From: Candidatus Hermodarchaeum yapensis
GTDB taxonomy: Archaea; Asgardarchaeota; Hermodarchaeia; Hermodarchaeales; Hermodarchaeaceae
Assembly (NCBI GenBank): GCA_016840405.1
Contig: JAEOSK010000005.1
Coordinates: 39,797 to 103,796, forward strand
Direction: 5' to 3'
Length of the DNA stretch: 64,000 bases
Below the pieces are notes generated by a model, which saw only the letters and a program-made list of their open reading frames with translations, ran no database searches and was not told the origin of the DNA. Within the stretch, counting starts at the first letter, position 1, and each line of letters starts with the position of its first letter. Position numbers and translations under genes: made by a program. Positions 46,503 through 56,414 of the stretch are shown here, piece by piece.

Positions 46503-47459
46503 TCAGACTTCGACGCCTAAATCGAGAGCACGTACCAATTCTTTGTAGCGGTTTCGAACAGTTACTTCGGTTACGCCTGCAACTTCGCCGATTTCACGTT
46601 GGGTCCGTCGTTCGCCCTCGAGGATTGAGGCGATATAGATCGCGGCGGCTGCGATACAAGTGGGGTCCTTTCCTGAGGTGATGCCCTTGTTTCGTGCTTG
46701 CATGAGAATGTCCAAGGCCCGGGCATGGGTTCGTTGTGAGAGATTGAGGGCAGTTGTATATCGTGATACAAAATCTTCAGGTTGGGTGACTGGCATTTGG
46801 ATTCCGAGACGTCGAACTATGAGCCGGTAGGATCGTCCCAGTTCTTTGCGACCGACACGTGTATAGCGTCCGACGTCTGCTAGTGTCCGGGGGAAGCTGG
46901 TTAGCCGGCAGGCTGCATAGACACATGCTGCGACAATTGCTTCAATACTCCGTCCGCGAATGAGGTTCTTTTCGAGGGCGCGACGATAAAGGAGCGCTCC
47001 CGACTGGCGTACACGTTGAGGAAGATCGAGCTGTCCTGCCAATCGGTCGAGTTCGCTCATGGCACTAGCAAGGTTTCTTTCACTGGCTTGATAGACCCGA
47101 CTTCTATTGTGCCATTTTCGTATTCGCTGCATTTCTGCCCGTCGACGGGCATCCAATCGATGCCCGCGTGCATCAACATCACGCCAATCGATTGTTGTGG
47201 AAAGCCCCTTATCATGCATCGTTAGGGTCGAGGGTGGACCAGCACGAGCGCGTTTATCTCGTTCTTCGGGTGAAAACTCTCGCCATTCTGCACCAAAATC
47301 AATTACATCATCATCCAGGACGAGTCCGCATTCGGCGCAAACGAGTTCGCGAGATGCCGTCATAATGTAGTTGGTACTACCACAATTTGGGCACTTATGG
47401 AGCTCTTCCTCTGATTTTCCACTCTTTTGTGGCGCTCGATGTCGATTTTCTTCAGGCAT
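46503..47459 (-). CDS. tfb: Transcription initiation factor IIB (TFB)
   Basis: Zn ribbon CPNC...CAECG, EWREF, two cyclin repeats, GVTEVTVRNRY. Confidence 0.97.
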   Translation of the reverse strand: MPEENRHRAPQKSGKSEEELHKCPNCGSTNYIMTASRELVCAECGLVLDDDVIDFGAEWREFSPEERDKRARAGPPSTLTMHDKGLSTTIDWRDVDARGHRLDARRRAEMQRIRKWHNRSRVYQASERNLASAMSELDRLAGQLDLPQRVRQSGALLYRRALEKNLIRGRSIEAIVAACVYAACRLTSFPRTLADVGRYTRVGRKELGRSYRLIVRRLGIQMPVTQPEDFVSRYTTALNLSQRTHARALDILMQARNKGITSGKDPTCIAAAAIYIASILEGERRTQREIGEVAGVTEVTVRNRYKELVRALDLGVEV

Positions 47460-47656
47460 AGTTATCGGATCCGAACCCAGCCTATCCTGAATGCAGGTGG
47501 GGAAGGGCACATTCCCTAGAGGAAAGGTGATTCAAGGAAATTTAAAGTTGATGTCTTAGGTATTGTATTAATTGCCATTTATTAGAAGAAACGCGTTATT
47601 CTATAGAAACTTGAAAAAAAGCGCAGTTTTCGAGTATTACAAGGATTGGAAAGCAA

Positions 47657-48697
47657 ATGTCTCCCCTTACTCCTTATGAAAGAGTCATGATGGTGATTAA
47701 CGGCGAGAAGCCTGATCGCGTCCCTGTCGTGCCGCAAATAACCTATACAACCGCCCAACTGACTGGAGTAGGCTTAGTTGAAGCCCTGCATAGTCCAGAA
47801 AAAACAGCTACGGCGTTATTGACAGGTCAGCGCGAACTCGGTTATGATGCCATCTATGCGGGATGGGAAAGTTCTTTTAATTTACTCGCTGAAGCCATGG
47901 GCTGTGTAATGCGGTTTCCTGAGGATTCGGTGCCCCAGGTCGCTGAACATGTAGTTAAGACTCCAGGTGATTTGGACCACATCGAAATCCCTGACCCCCA
48001 AAAAAGCGGACGGCTCCCCATTCACATGGAAATGCTTACCCTCCTTAAGGAGGCAGTAGAAGACCAAATCCCCCTCTTTGCTTACACACCAGGTCCCTTC
48101 ACGCTCGCCGGTCAACTGGGTGGTATCAGCCCGTTGATGATGGCTACAATTCAGGACCCAGAGTACGTCCACGCAATCACCGACATTACCTTACAAGCAT
48201 CAATGAAGTATGCGATTGCGAACATTGAAGCAGGAGCAGATGTCATCATCACAGCAGATCCAACAGCTAGTGGAAGCTTAATTAGTCCGACAACTTTCAA
48301 GAACTTTGCAGCACCTCGGATTACAAAAATTGTATCAGCTGTAACGAAGGCAGGAGCCATAGCCTCCTTACACATTTGTGGAAAGACAACCCCGATTTTA
48401 GAACAAATGGCAACCAGCGGTGTGAAGGTTGTGGAACTTGATCATCTGGTTAATCTCACCGAAGCAAAGCAACGTATCGGTGAACAAGTCATTCTGATGG
48501 GAAACCTTGATCCCACTGAACTTCTTTTATCGGGAACACCAAAGCAGGTGGAGGCAACTGCAAAAGCGTGCATTGAAGACGTCGGTGCCGATGGACGGTA
48601 TATTCTCAGTAGTGGATGTGAGATTCCTCCCCAGGCACCATTAGATAACATTCGAGCCATGGTTACCGCCGCCCAGAAGTATGGCCAATTCACTTAA
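47657..48697 (+). CDS. MtaA/CmuA (URO-D family) methylcobamide methyltransferase
   Basis: PDRVPV, GPFTLA, LHICG and SSGCEI Zn-ligand pattern; corrinoid cluster nearby. Confidence 0.85.
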   Translation: MSPLTPYERVMMVINGEKPDRVPVVPQITYTTAQLTGVGLVEALHSPEKTATALLTGQRELGYDAIYAGWESSFNLLAEAMGCVMRFPEDSVPQVAEHVVKTPGDLDHIEIPDPQKSGRLPIHMEMLTLLKEAVEDQIPLFAYTPGPFTLAGQLGGISPLMMATIQDPEYVHAITDITLQASMKYAIANIEAGADVIITADPTASGSLISPTTFKNFAAPRITKIVSAVTKAGAIASLHICGKTTPILEQMATSGVKVVELDHLVNLTEAKQRIGEQVILMGNLDPTELLLSGTPKQVEATAKACIEDVGADGRYILSSGCEIPPQAPLDNIRAMVTAAQKYGQFT

Positions 48698-48709
48698 TTG
48701 CTTGTGGGA

Positions 48710-49417
48710 TTATGGAGGGATTAAATCGACAGGTAAAACACGATCGATAGTAATCTCGTAGGTATTCTCATCAAAACGTGTGGTCCAGGCATAGGTTTCC
48801 ACGCCCTTCTTGGCAGCTTGTCGGAGAACTTGACCAAATGCGGGATCGATTTGATCATTAGGACGTATCGATGAGGCATCTGACCGTTGAAGGATGAACA
48901 CGATGGCAGCCCGATATCCTTCCGTAACAGCATGCATTAGTTCGCGGACATGACGTTGTCCCCGTTGGGTAATAGCCCGCGGGAAATATCCGATGGAGTC
49001 CTCAGCATCGGTGGAGGATTTCGCTTCAATTAAACAAGGTGGTAAGGATTCATCTTGAAGGAGAAAATCCAACCGACTTTCCCTATACAAGGGTTCGCTG
49101 TGAATTTGAGAATATCCAGCAAAAGGTTGTAGTTGGTCGTGGGGAAGAGCCTCTGCAAGGAGCCAATTAGGTACCCGTGAATCCAATGAAAGGAGTTCTT
49201 CATGAGGTCTGGCACAAATAAGGTCAAAGTCAGTTTTTCTATGCGTTCCTGGATTATATCGGAGGAGCACTTCTACCCCAGGAAAAAGAAGGTCTGGCAT
49301 CGGTCCAGGGTTGGGCAAGTATGCAGGGACACGGCGTCCATTCACTTTGCAAATAACAAGGAACCGATTTGGACGTTCAAGGAATTCACCATAGCTGAAC
49401 GGTCCCTGCAATTTCAT
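48710..49417 (-). CDS. sfsA: DNA/RNA nuclease SfsA
   Basis: RPNRF, SRLDF, EAK, RGQRH and IDPAF motifs. Confidence 0.9.
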   Translation of the reverse strand: MKLQGPFSYGEFLERPNRFLVICKVNGRRVPAYLPNPGPMPDLLFPGVEVLLRYNPGTHRKTDFDLICARPHEELLSLDSRVPNWLLAEALPHDQLQPFAGYSQIHSEPLYRESRLDFLLQDESLPPCLIEAKSSTDAEDSIGYFPRAITQRGQRHVRELMHAVTEGYRAAIVFILQRSDASSIRPNDQIDPAFGQVLRQAAKKGVETYAWTTRFDENTYEITIDRVLPVDLIPP

Positions 49418-49555
49418 CAGAATATACTCCTTGAGATATGGTTTTCTTGCCCCATCTGTACACTTATGATTCTTGTTCTCTTGCATCTCCCGCAAGGTCT
49501 ATGCTTAAATACGGGCGAGTCTGGTTTGTCACTGGTTCTTGAGGAGTTGATTGAT

Positions 49556-50602
49556 GTGCCATTAAAATGGGACAAATACATCCAAGTGCAGGAGAACATT
49601 TTTGATCTTATTGGGTTGACCCCGCTTTTTCGAATGCCAAAGGTGAGTGAAAAGGCAGGGGCCAACATTTTGGGTAAAATCGAATGGTATTCTCCAACAG
49701 GCAGTTTGAAGGATCGGATTTATCATAAAATGATTCATGAAGCCATTGCCCGAGGTGATTTGAAACCGGGGATGGAAATTATCGAATCGTCTACAGGAAA
49801 TGCAGGAATTGCCTGTGCCTTCGTTGGACGAATGTTGGATTATCCGGTTACAATTGTTATGCCAAAAGGGATGAGCAAAGAGCGTCGGAAACTAATGGCA
49901 GCTTATGGGGCTCAAATCATCCTTACTCCAGGTGGTGAGTCTGACGTCGATTTATGCTTGAAGAAGGTAAAAGAACTCAAAGACAAACACCCGGGTAAGT
50001 ACTGGGAACCAGGACAGTTTAGCAACCCCGATAATACACTCGCTCATTATGAAACCACGGGAGCAGAAATCTGGGAGCAGACGCGTGGAAAAGTCGACGC
50101 CTTCATTGCAAGCCAAGGCACAGGAGGCACGATTACGGGGGTAGGTAGATATCTCCGTGAACGGAATCCTATAATCAAACTTTATGCGATCGAGCCAACC
50201 GAGGCACCATTACTCGCCCATCGGACATGGGGTTCACACTCAATTGAAGGGATTGGTGATGGATTTGTACCTGAGAATCTAGATTTGAGCATCCTTGATG
50301 GAATTATCACTACTACTTCTGATGAAGCATTGGAAATGGCCCAGTGGATCAGCCGTGAAGAAGGGCTCTTTTGTGGCATTTCATCAGGATGTAATGTCGC
50401 AGCAGCTCTCAAATTAGCCAAGAAACATCCCGAGTTAAACACCATTGTGACCATGATTAATGATAGTGGACAACGCTACTTTACAACACCCTTATGTGGT
50501 GAACCTAAACACCTTGATGTTCCCGATCGTGAGCATCCAATGGATAAACGGACAGTCACAGAACTTGATAAATATCAACACAACTGGGAAATCATCGAAT
50601 AA
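49556..50602 (+). CDS. cysK: Cysteine synthase family PLP enzyme
   Basis: PTGSLKDR, SSTGNAG, GTGGT and IEGIG motifs; GTG at 49556 follows GAGGAG. Confidence 0.85.
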   Translation: MPLKWDKYIQVQENIFDLIGLTPLFRMPKVSEKAGANILGKIEWYSPTGSLKDRIYHKMIHEAIARGDLKPGMEIIESSTGNAGIACAFVGRMLDYPVTIVMPKGMSKERRKLMAAYGAQIILTPGGESDVDLCLKKVKELKDKHPGKYWEPGQFSNPDNTLAHYETTGAEIWEQTRGKVDAFIASQGTGGTITGVGRYLRERNPIIKLYAIEPTEAPLLAHRTWGSHSIEGIGDGFVPENLDLSILDGIITTTSDEALEMAQWISREEGLFCGISSGCNVAAALKLAKKHPELNTIVTMINDSGQRYFTTPLCGEPKHLDVPDREHPMDKRTVTELDKYQHNWEIIE

Positions 50603-50634
50603 AATTTGATACAAGATTGGGAAAGTGTCAGAAA

Positions 50635-51294
50635 ATGAGTCAGAAACTCGTAACGAATATTCGAGAAGAGATGATTAATTGCCAGACAAATCGTGTGCTT
50701 GAATTAGTTCAGCAATCGATCAAAGAAGGAATCGATGCAACAGCTGTTGTTAGTCAAGGATTAACAGCGGGCATCCGAGTACTTGGAGACAGATTTGAGA
50801 AGGGTGAAGCCTTCCTCCCTGAATTGGCAGTCGCAGCTGAAACAATGAAACAAGCTCTCGAGATCCTGGAACCCCATCTAGCAAAGATAGTCGACGAAGA
50901 AGCCCTCGGATCAATTGTGATCGGAACAGTACAAGGCGACATTCACGACATTGGCAAGTCAATCGTCGCAACGATGTTGACTGTCGCAGGATTTACAGTA
51001 TATGATTTAGGGATTGATGTATCTCCCGCCGATTTCATTGCCAAGGCTAAGGAAGTAGATGCTGAAATTATTGCCATGTCCGCTTTGTTAACAACCACGA
51101 TGGAACGCATGCAAGAAACAATTGACCTTCTGAATAAAGAACGACTCGATAAGCGTGTTAAAGTGATGGTTGGTGGCGCTCCTGTGAGCCAGCAGTTTGC
51201 TGAGAGTATAGGTGCAGATGGTTACGGAGTTGACTTCAACCAAGCGGTGAAAATCGCGAAACGCCTTACTGGTCATGCGGAGAATACATCTTAG
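50635..51294 (+). CDS. Corrinoid (B12-binding) methyltransferase cognate protein
   Basis: GDIHDIGK, MSALLTTT and GGAP motifs. Confidence 0.93.
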   Translation: MSQKLVTNIREEMINCQTNRVLELVQQSIKEGIDATAVVSQGLTAGIRVLGDRFEKGEAFLPELAVAAETMKQALEILEPHLAKIVDEEALGSIVIGTVQGDIHDIGKSIVATMLTVAGFTVYDLGIDVSPADFIAKAKEVDAEIIAMSALLTTTMERMQETIDLLNKERLDKRVKVMVGGAPVSQQFAESIGADGYGVDFNQAVKIAKRLTGHAENTS

Positions 51295-51319
51295 CAGAAA
51301 TCAAAGGAGAGTTCTCATT

Positions 51320-52792
51320 ATGGCTCATCGTCCTCTGTTAACCTTGCTCTCAGAACAGGAAGTTCATCAAATCCATACCGAGAGCCTTGCTCTTTTAGAA
51401 GAAATCGGTATGAAGATAGAAAGTGAAAAAGCACTCCAACTCCTGGAACAAGCTGGGGCTCCAGTTGATTTTGAAACACAACACGCCCACTTTCCATCAT
51501 CGTTGGTTGAAGAACAACTAAAGCATGCACCCTCTGCCATTATACTCTTTACACGTGAAGGAGAACCCGCACTTAAACTAGAACAGAATAATGTACATTT
51601 TAATCCCGGTTCCGCTGCAACCCACCTCCTTGATCGTCAAACCGGAGAACGTCGCCATCCCCGGGTGAAGGATGTCATCGAATTCGCTCGAGTCGTTGAT
51701 GCCCTGCCCTATATTGATGCCCAAAGTACAGCTGTAATCCCTACTGATGTCCCAATCAACCTTGCAGATCGATATCGCCTGTATCAGATTCTTTTGAATT
51801 CAACAAAACCTATTGTTACAGGAACTTTTGTTCTTGATGCGTTTGAAGATATGCAACGCATGCTTGAAGCGATAAGAGGTGGCGAAAAACAGCTCCGGGA
51901 AAAACCCCTAGCAATTTTTGACACCTGTCCTTCAGCCCCCCTACAATGGAGTGAATTAACTGTTCATGATTTATTGTTGGGGGCTCAAGCAGGAATTCCT
52001 ATAGAACTCATTTCTATGCCTCAACTTGGTGCAACCGGACCCATCACACTTGCAGGATCCCTAGTTTTGCATAACGCAGAGTCGCTTAGTGGAGTTGTCC
52101 TCACCCAATTAGCTGCAAAAGGAGCTCCAGTGATTTATGGAGGATCTCCCACAGCAGTGGATATGCAATACGGTACTGCCCGATTGGGAGCCATTGAAAG
52201 TATTATGCTAACCTGCGCTTACGCCCAACTGGCTAACCATTACAACCTCCCTAGTCACGGGTATCTAGGATTGTCAGATGCAAAAATAGGCGCTGATGCA
52301 CAGTCAGGCTATGAGGCTGCCACTGGTATATTATTGGGTGCCATGGCAGGCTTAAACAACATTGCGGGAGCAGGAATGCTCATCTTTGAGAGCACACAAA
52401 GTTTTGAAAAAATCGTTATCGATGATGTGCTTGCAGGCATGGTGAAACGCTTCATCAAGGGTATCACAGTGAATAAAGATACCTTGGCATTGAGCGAACT
52501 CAGAGATGTCGGAACCAAGGGAGGCGATTTCTTACGGTTGCGTCACACGCTCACATGGTTCCGAAAAGAGCACTTCATGCCTGGAAAACTCGTAGATCGC
52601 CAACCTTACGAAAGTTGGCTTGACCAAGGTGCCTTAACTAGCCAAGAACGTGCACGAGAACAAGTTAATGAAATTCTAAGCTCCCATGAGGTGTCTCCGC
52701 TCACAAAAAGCCAGCGTCAAGACTTAGATGCTGTTGTCAAAACTTTCATGAAGCGACATAAAGCCTCATCACTTCCAGAGGGACCGCGGTAG
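51320..52792 (+). CDS. MttB-superfamily methyltransferase, non-pyrrolysine type
   Basis: GATGPITLAG...NAESL, SDAK and DAQSGYE motifs; no in-frame TAG. Confidence 0.9.
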   Translation: MAHRPLLTLLSEQEVHQIHTESLALLEEIGMKIESEKALQLLEQAGAPVDFETQHAHFPSSLVEEQLKHAPSAIILFTREGEPALKLEQNNVHFNPGSAATHLLDRQTGERRHPRVKDVIEFARVVDALPYIDAQSTAVIPTDVPINLADRYRLYQILLNSTKPIVTGTFVLDAFEDMQRMLEAIRGGEKQLREKPLAIFDTCPSAPLQWSELTVHDLLLGAQAGIPIELISMPQLGATGPITLAGSLVLHNAESLSGVVLTQLAAKGAPVIYGGSPTAVDMQYGTARLGAIESIMLTCAYAQLANHYNLPSHGYLGLSDAKIGADAQSGYEAATGILLGAMAGLNNIAGAGMLIFESTQSFEKIVIDDVLAGMVKRFIKGITVNKDTLALSELRDVGTKGGDFLRLRHTLTWFRKEHFMPGKLVDRQPYESWLDQGALTSQERAREQVNEILSSHEVSPLTKSQRQDLDAVVKTFMKRHKASSLPEGPR

Positions 52793-52958
52793 CTCCTAAA
52801 CCCTTACAGAGAGCAGGAAAAACACGGTTAGATTCACTTGTAAGGAATGTTTAATGATAAGCGAAGGCAAGTGATATAGGTGAAATGATTTTAAAGCCTC
52901 AAACGGCATAAAAAGACCCAGAGAAAAGTGGGGCTTACTTCCTGGGAGGCGCATCTAG

Positions 52959-53831
52959 TTGATCCATAACGTCCTGTTACTCACAAGGAACGGCATCAAG
53001 CTTTACCACCGTTCCTACTGGGCAATTGAAGTGGATCAACCAATCGTTGCTGAATACATTCAGTCTCTCCGCCAAATCGAACGCGACACGGGTTCTGACG
53101 TTCTTGTCCCTATCTTCTTAGACGGCATGAAATTCATCCATAAATACATCGACAACGACCTCATTCTCGTACTCGTTGCTGACCAACAAGACAAAGACGA
53201 AATTCTCCAAGAAAAAATCGAAAATGCAGTTATCACCATGAAAAAGAGGTACGCCAAACAACTCTGGGATTTCAAGAGCACCCGAAACTCCGAAATCTTC
53301 CAAAACCTTGGACCCATTCTTGACGAGGCCATCGTCTCGACTCTAAAAGTAGTACTACTCGGAGAAGGCGGAGTCGGAAAAACCACCATTCTCAAAATGC
53401 TCATGAGCCAACGAGCAAACCTCAATCATGTCGCCACTATGGCTGTTTACGTCGAAGAGATGCAAACTGCCAAACTCGGTCCTTATGAAATAGCAGTATG
53501 GGACTTTCCCGGTCAGGAATTATTGGTTCCGAAGTGGAGGGATTACTTGCGTGGAACTGATGTTGTACTAATGGTGACGGATTCGACGTTGAAGAATGTC
53601 ATGTCAACACGAAAATTACTTTCAATCATTCAGAAATGGACGGATGGAGCGTTAATCTGGGCGATTGCCAACAAGCAAGATCTCAAGGATGCGTTGCTTC
53701 CGGATACGGTGGCTCGATTGCTAGGCGTTCGAACAATCGGGTTAGTAGCGATTGATCCACGGAACAAGGACTTACTCCACAAAACTTTGATGGGTGCTGC
53801 AGCAGAAGTTGTTTTTCCGGTTGCGTGTTAA
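52959..53831 (+). CDS. Longin domain + Arf/Rab-like small GTPase
   Basis: GEGGVGKT, WDFPGQ and NKQD motifs; N-terminal longin fold. Confidence 0.9.
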   Translation: MIHNVLLLTRNGIKLYHRSYWAIEVDQPIVAEYIQSLRQIERDTGSDVLVPIFLDGMKFIHKYIDNDLILVLVADQQDKDEILQEKIENAVITMKKRYAKQLWDFKSTRNSEIFQNLGPILDEAIVSTLKVVLLGEGGVGKTTILKMLMSQRANLNHVATMAVYVEEMQTAKLGPYEIAVWDFPGQELLVPKWRDYLRGTDVVLMVTDSTLKNVMSTRKLLSIIQKWTDGALIWAIANKQDLKDALLPDTVARLLGVRTIGLVAIDPRNKDLLHKTLMGAAAEVVFPVAC

Positions 53832-53838
53832 AAACCTG

Positions 53839-54144
53839 TTAACCTTGTTTCCTGGTATGAACTTTTCGGTTCACATTGTACTGTCGTGCAAGTTTCTGAA
53901 TTTGAAATCTAATGAGATCTTCAACTTTGACCTCGACGGCGAGACCAACGTAATTACATTCAGAGCAGATCCATTGTTCTTGGACGATAGGTCCTGAAAT
54001 ATTGGTAAGTGGTTTGATGTTGGGACTAAAACAGTTGGGACAAACCTTTACCCAATTTTTGAGATCGATGCGTCCGATTTTGCCAGGAAAATTGTCGATT
54101 TCAATCGAGTCATCCAATGATTTTTTACGACTGGTGCGAGGCAT
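53839..54144 (-). CDS. Small zinc-ribbon protein
   Basis: CPNC...WICSECNY motif. Confidence 0.75.
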   Translation of the reverse strand: MPRTSRKKSLDDSIEIDNFPGKIGRIDLKNWVKVCPNCFSPNIKPLTNISGPIVQEQWICSECNYVGLAVEVKVEDLIRFQIQKLARQYNVNRKVHTRKQG

Positions 54145-54325
54145 TTTGGGTTCTCGTAGTGCGGTTGGAGGGTGGCGTGATTTAAGGTTTCCGAATCTGG
54201 CGATAGGCTGTGATTAGTAAACGTTCCTAAACAGCAGTAGAACTCGTATCTGTATGAGTGCTTTAATCAATTCAAGTAATCTTCTTAGGTGTTAAGTTCA
54301 CCCTAATACTGTCAGGGAAACAGTC

Positions 54326-54598
54326 ATGCGTGCAATCCGGGCCATTGTCCACGGTCGTGTTCAAGGCGTCTTCTTTCGGGCTTATACCCGTGACAAAGCA
54401 AACCAGCTTAACATAATTGGATGGGTGCGAAACAATCGCGATGGAACTTTAGAATGTCAGGCTCAGGGTCCCGAAGAAGCAATAGTAGAATTCATTGAGT
54501 TCCTTCATCATGGTTCTCCATCATCACGAGTTGATGATGTCGTAGTTAAGGATGAACAATACGACCCTAATATGCGAAATTTTCGAATTACATACTAA
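54326..54598 (+). CDS. acyP: Acylphosphatase
   Basis: GRVQGVFFR and GWVRN motifs. Confidence 0.95.
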   Translation: MRAIRAIVHGRVQGVFFRAYTRDKANQLNIIGWVRNNRDGTLECQAQGPEEAIVEFIEFLHHGSPSSRVDDVVVKDEQYDPNMRNFRITY

Positions 54599-54689
54599 CA
54601 TCGACTCGCGTGGAAGATTCTTTCTCCACATTTTCACCAAACTACATACTCTTAAGGTATCACTAGTCTGTACACCCTGGTGATCCCAA

Positions 54690-55562
54690 TTGAAGGTTTT
54701 AGGTGTAATTGGTTCAGCACGAAAATTAGGAAATTGCGAAGTACTTGTCAAGGAAGCCTTGTTTCAGACACAAACCCTTGGAGCCGAAATCCGCGTAATC
54801 CGGTTGCCAGATTTTCACCTACTTCCCTGTAAGGGGTGTCTAGCTTGTGTTCTGAAAGGTGAACCGTGCCGCCTCGATGATGACATGCACGAGTTATGGG
54901 AGCATCTACAATGGGCAGATAGCATTATTCTGTCAGCGCCCACCTATTTTCTGGGCCCATCGGGAATTATCAAACTTTTCATCGATCGCCTATTCGAATA
55001 TAGTTTTCAATTGGGTTCAGTAAAACGCCGTCCAGGTGCAATTATTGCAACTGCTGGGTTACAAGAGTGGGATCCTTTCACTTTACCGATGCTTTCAATG
55101 CTTGCTGGTATCCTCCAGCTTGACCTTGTAGATCGCTTCATAGCGTATCGTCCTGGTCCAGGTGAAGTTCTGTTAGATGAAGTGACAATGACTCGAACCA
55201 GGAAAATCGGTAAAGCCCTTGTGAACCACATCAACCAACCCGATTTGGCTCGAAAAATTCCTGTTCCAGAAAACACTTGTCCCCAGTGTGGAACCCCTTT
55301 TGTTCAACTTCGTCAAGGCAATCAAGTTGAATGTCTATTGTGTCAAGCACAAGGCCACCTTCAAATCACCAAAAAAACTGCCAGCATCAAATGGGAAACT
55401 CAGAAAGGAAAAGATCGATGGAGTCCTGAAGCGATGGCAGAACACTTTTCTGAATGGGTTTTACGCACAGGGCCAGTTTATCAAAAGTATCGGGAAGAGA
55501 TTCAGTCTCTAATTCAAAAATATCGAACTCTCCCAATAACTGAATCAAACCGAAACAAATAG
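54690..55562 (+). CDS. Iron-sulfur flavoprotein-like (flavodoxin family) protein with C-terminal Zn ribbon
   Basis: GSARKLGN, CKGCLAC....C, PTY and CPQC...CLLC motifs. Confidence 0.88.
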   Translation: MKVLGVIGSARKLGNCEVLVKEALFQTQTLGAEIRVIRLPDFHLLPCKGCLACVLKGEPCRLDDDMHELWEHLQWADSIILSAPTYFLGPSGIIKLFIDRLFEYSFQLGSVKRRPGAIIATAGLQEWDPFTLPMLSMLAGILQLDLVDRFIAYRPGPGEVLLDEVTMTRTRKIGKALVNHINQPDLARKIPVPENTCPQCGTPFVQLRQGNQVECLLCQAQGHLQITKKTASIKWETQKGKDRWSPEAMAEHFSEWVLRTGPVYQKYREEIQSLIQKYRTLPITESNRNK

Positions 55563-55640
55563 AAAAACACCTAACCCAGATAAGACTAGATTTTGAAAAA
55601 AGAGAAAGTAGGGAAGAGGACTCCAAATCTGAGTTTATGG

Positions 55641-55814
55641 CTAGTCTTCTTCTTCGAGTTTTCCTTCCGCCCTAAGCTTCTCAAGGAGGGCCTTCTCAGC
55701 GGATAAATCCACTTCTTGCTTCTTACCCTCAGGAGCGTGTGCGAGTTTAGCACCCTTCTCGATTTCACGCTTCAGTTCATCGGTAAGAGATCCTTTGCCT
55801 TCTTCTTCACTCAC
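55641..55814 (-). CDS. 57-aa actobindin/WH2-like putative actin-binding peptide
   Basis: SD GAGGTGA before GTG at 55814; ELKREIEKGAKLAHA and ALLEKLRAEGKL repeats. Confidence 0.72.
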   Translation of the reverse strand: MSEEEGKGSLTDELKREIEKGAKLAHAPEGKKQEVDLSAEKALLEKLRAEGKLEEED

Positions 55815-55883
55815 ATCTATCACCTCTATCAGTTACGACTTCAGATTTTAGATTATATGTCTGACCATTACACATTGGGATAC

Positions 55884-56204
55884 TTACTTATCAACAACAC
55901 TGCCGATGGTAGCTGAACTGTAACTCACCCGAGGACTGGTTTTGAGTCGTTCTGGGATTGCTGTTCCCTTTTCATCGATGACGAGTTCGAATCCTATACC
56001 TACTCGTTCACCGGTTGATAGTAGATATCCACTCCGCGCAACGGTGTCTGCCAGTCGTAATGCGGTTCGGCGTTCAATGAGGTTAGTTCCTTGAGGCAAA
56101 ATCATTTTAATTTTCTTCGTTGTTTTATCAACTTCGCAGCGGATACCACTGGATCCTTGATTTGCCTCAATGAATGTTCCATCTTGATATTCGAGTACAA
56201 TCAC
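55884..56204 (-). CDS. 106-aa protein, possible divergent single gelsolin-like domain
   Basis: SD AAGGTGA; strands, long helix NLIERRTALRLADTVARSG, and LKTS tail. Confidence 0.6.
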   Translation of the reverse strand: MIVLEYQDGTFIEANQGSSGIRCEVDKTTKKIKMILPQGTNLIERRTALRLADTVARSGYLLSTGERVGIGFELVIDEKGTAIPERLKTSPRVSYSSATIGSVVDK

Positions 56205-56414
56205 AGGCGTTCACCTTACGCAGAGAAGGCTAATACAAGGTGTTTCATTCCCCTGCTTTCACACCGTCTCTGCCTTAAATTCAAGTTCGTGATGATTTAT
56301 TAAAAAGGTTTTGTGCCCTTAAGTCGCTAATTGGCTAACATTGCGTAAAGGTAAATCTCTGAATCTGTCAAAAAAATAATGAAGAGACAACTCCTCGAAG
56401 AGAAGTTGTCGAAC

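Noticed and set aside
49202-49555. Long N-terminal extension of cysteine synthase
   Set aside because: Overlaps sfsA antisense; an SD-supported start exists at 49556.
51320-52792. Pyrrolysine recoding in the MttB homologue
   Set aside because: ORF is uninterrupted; no in-frame TAG.
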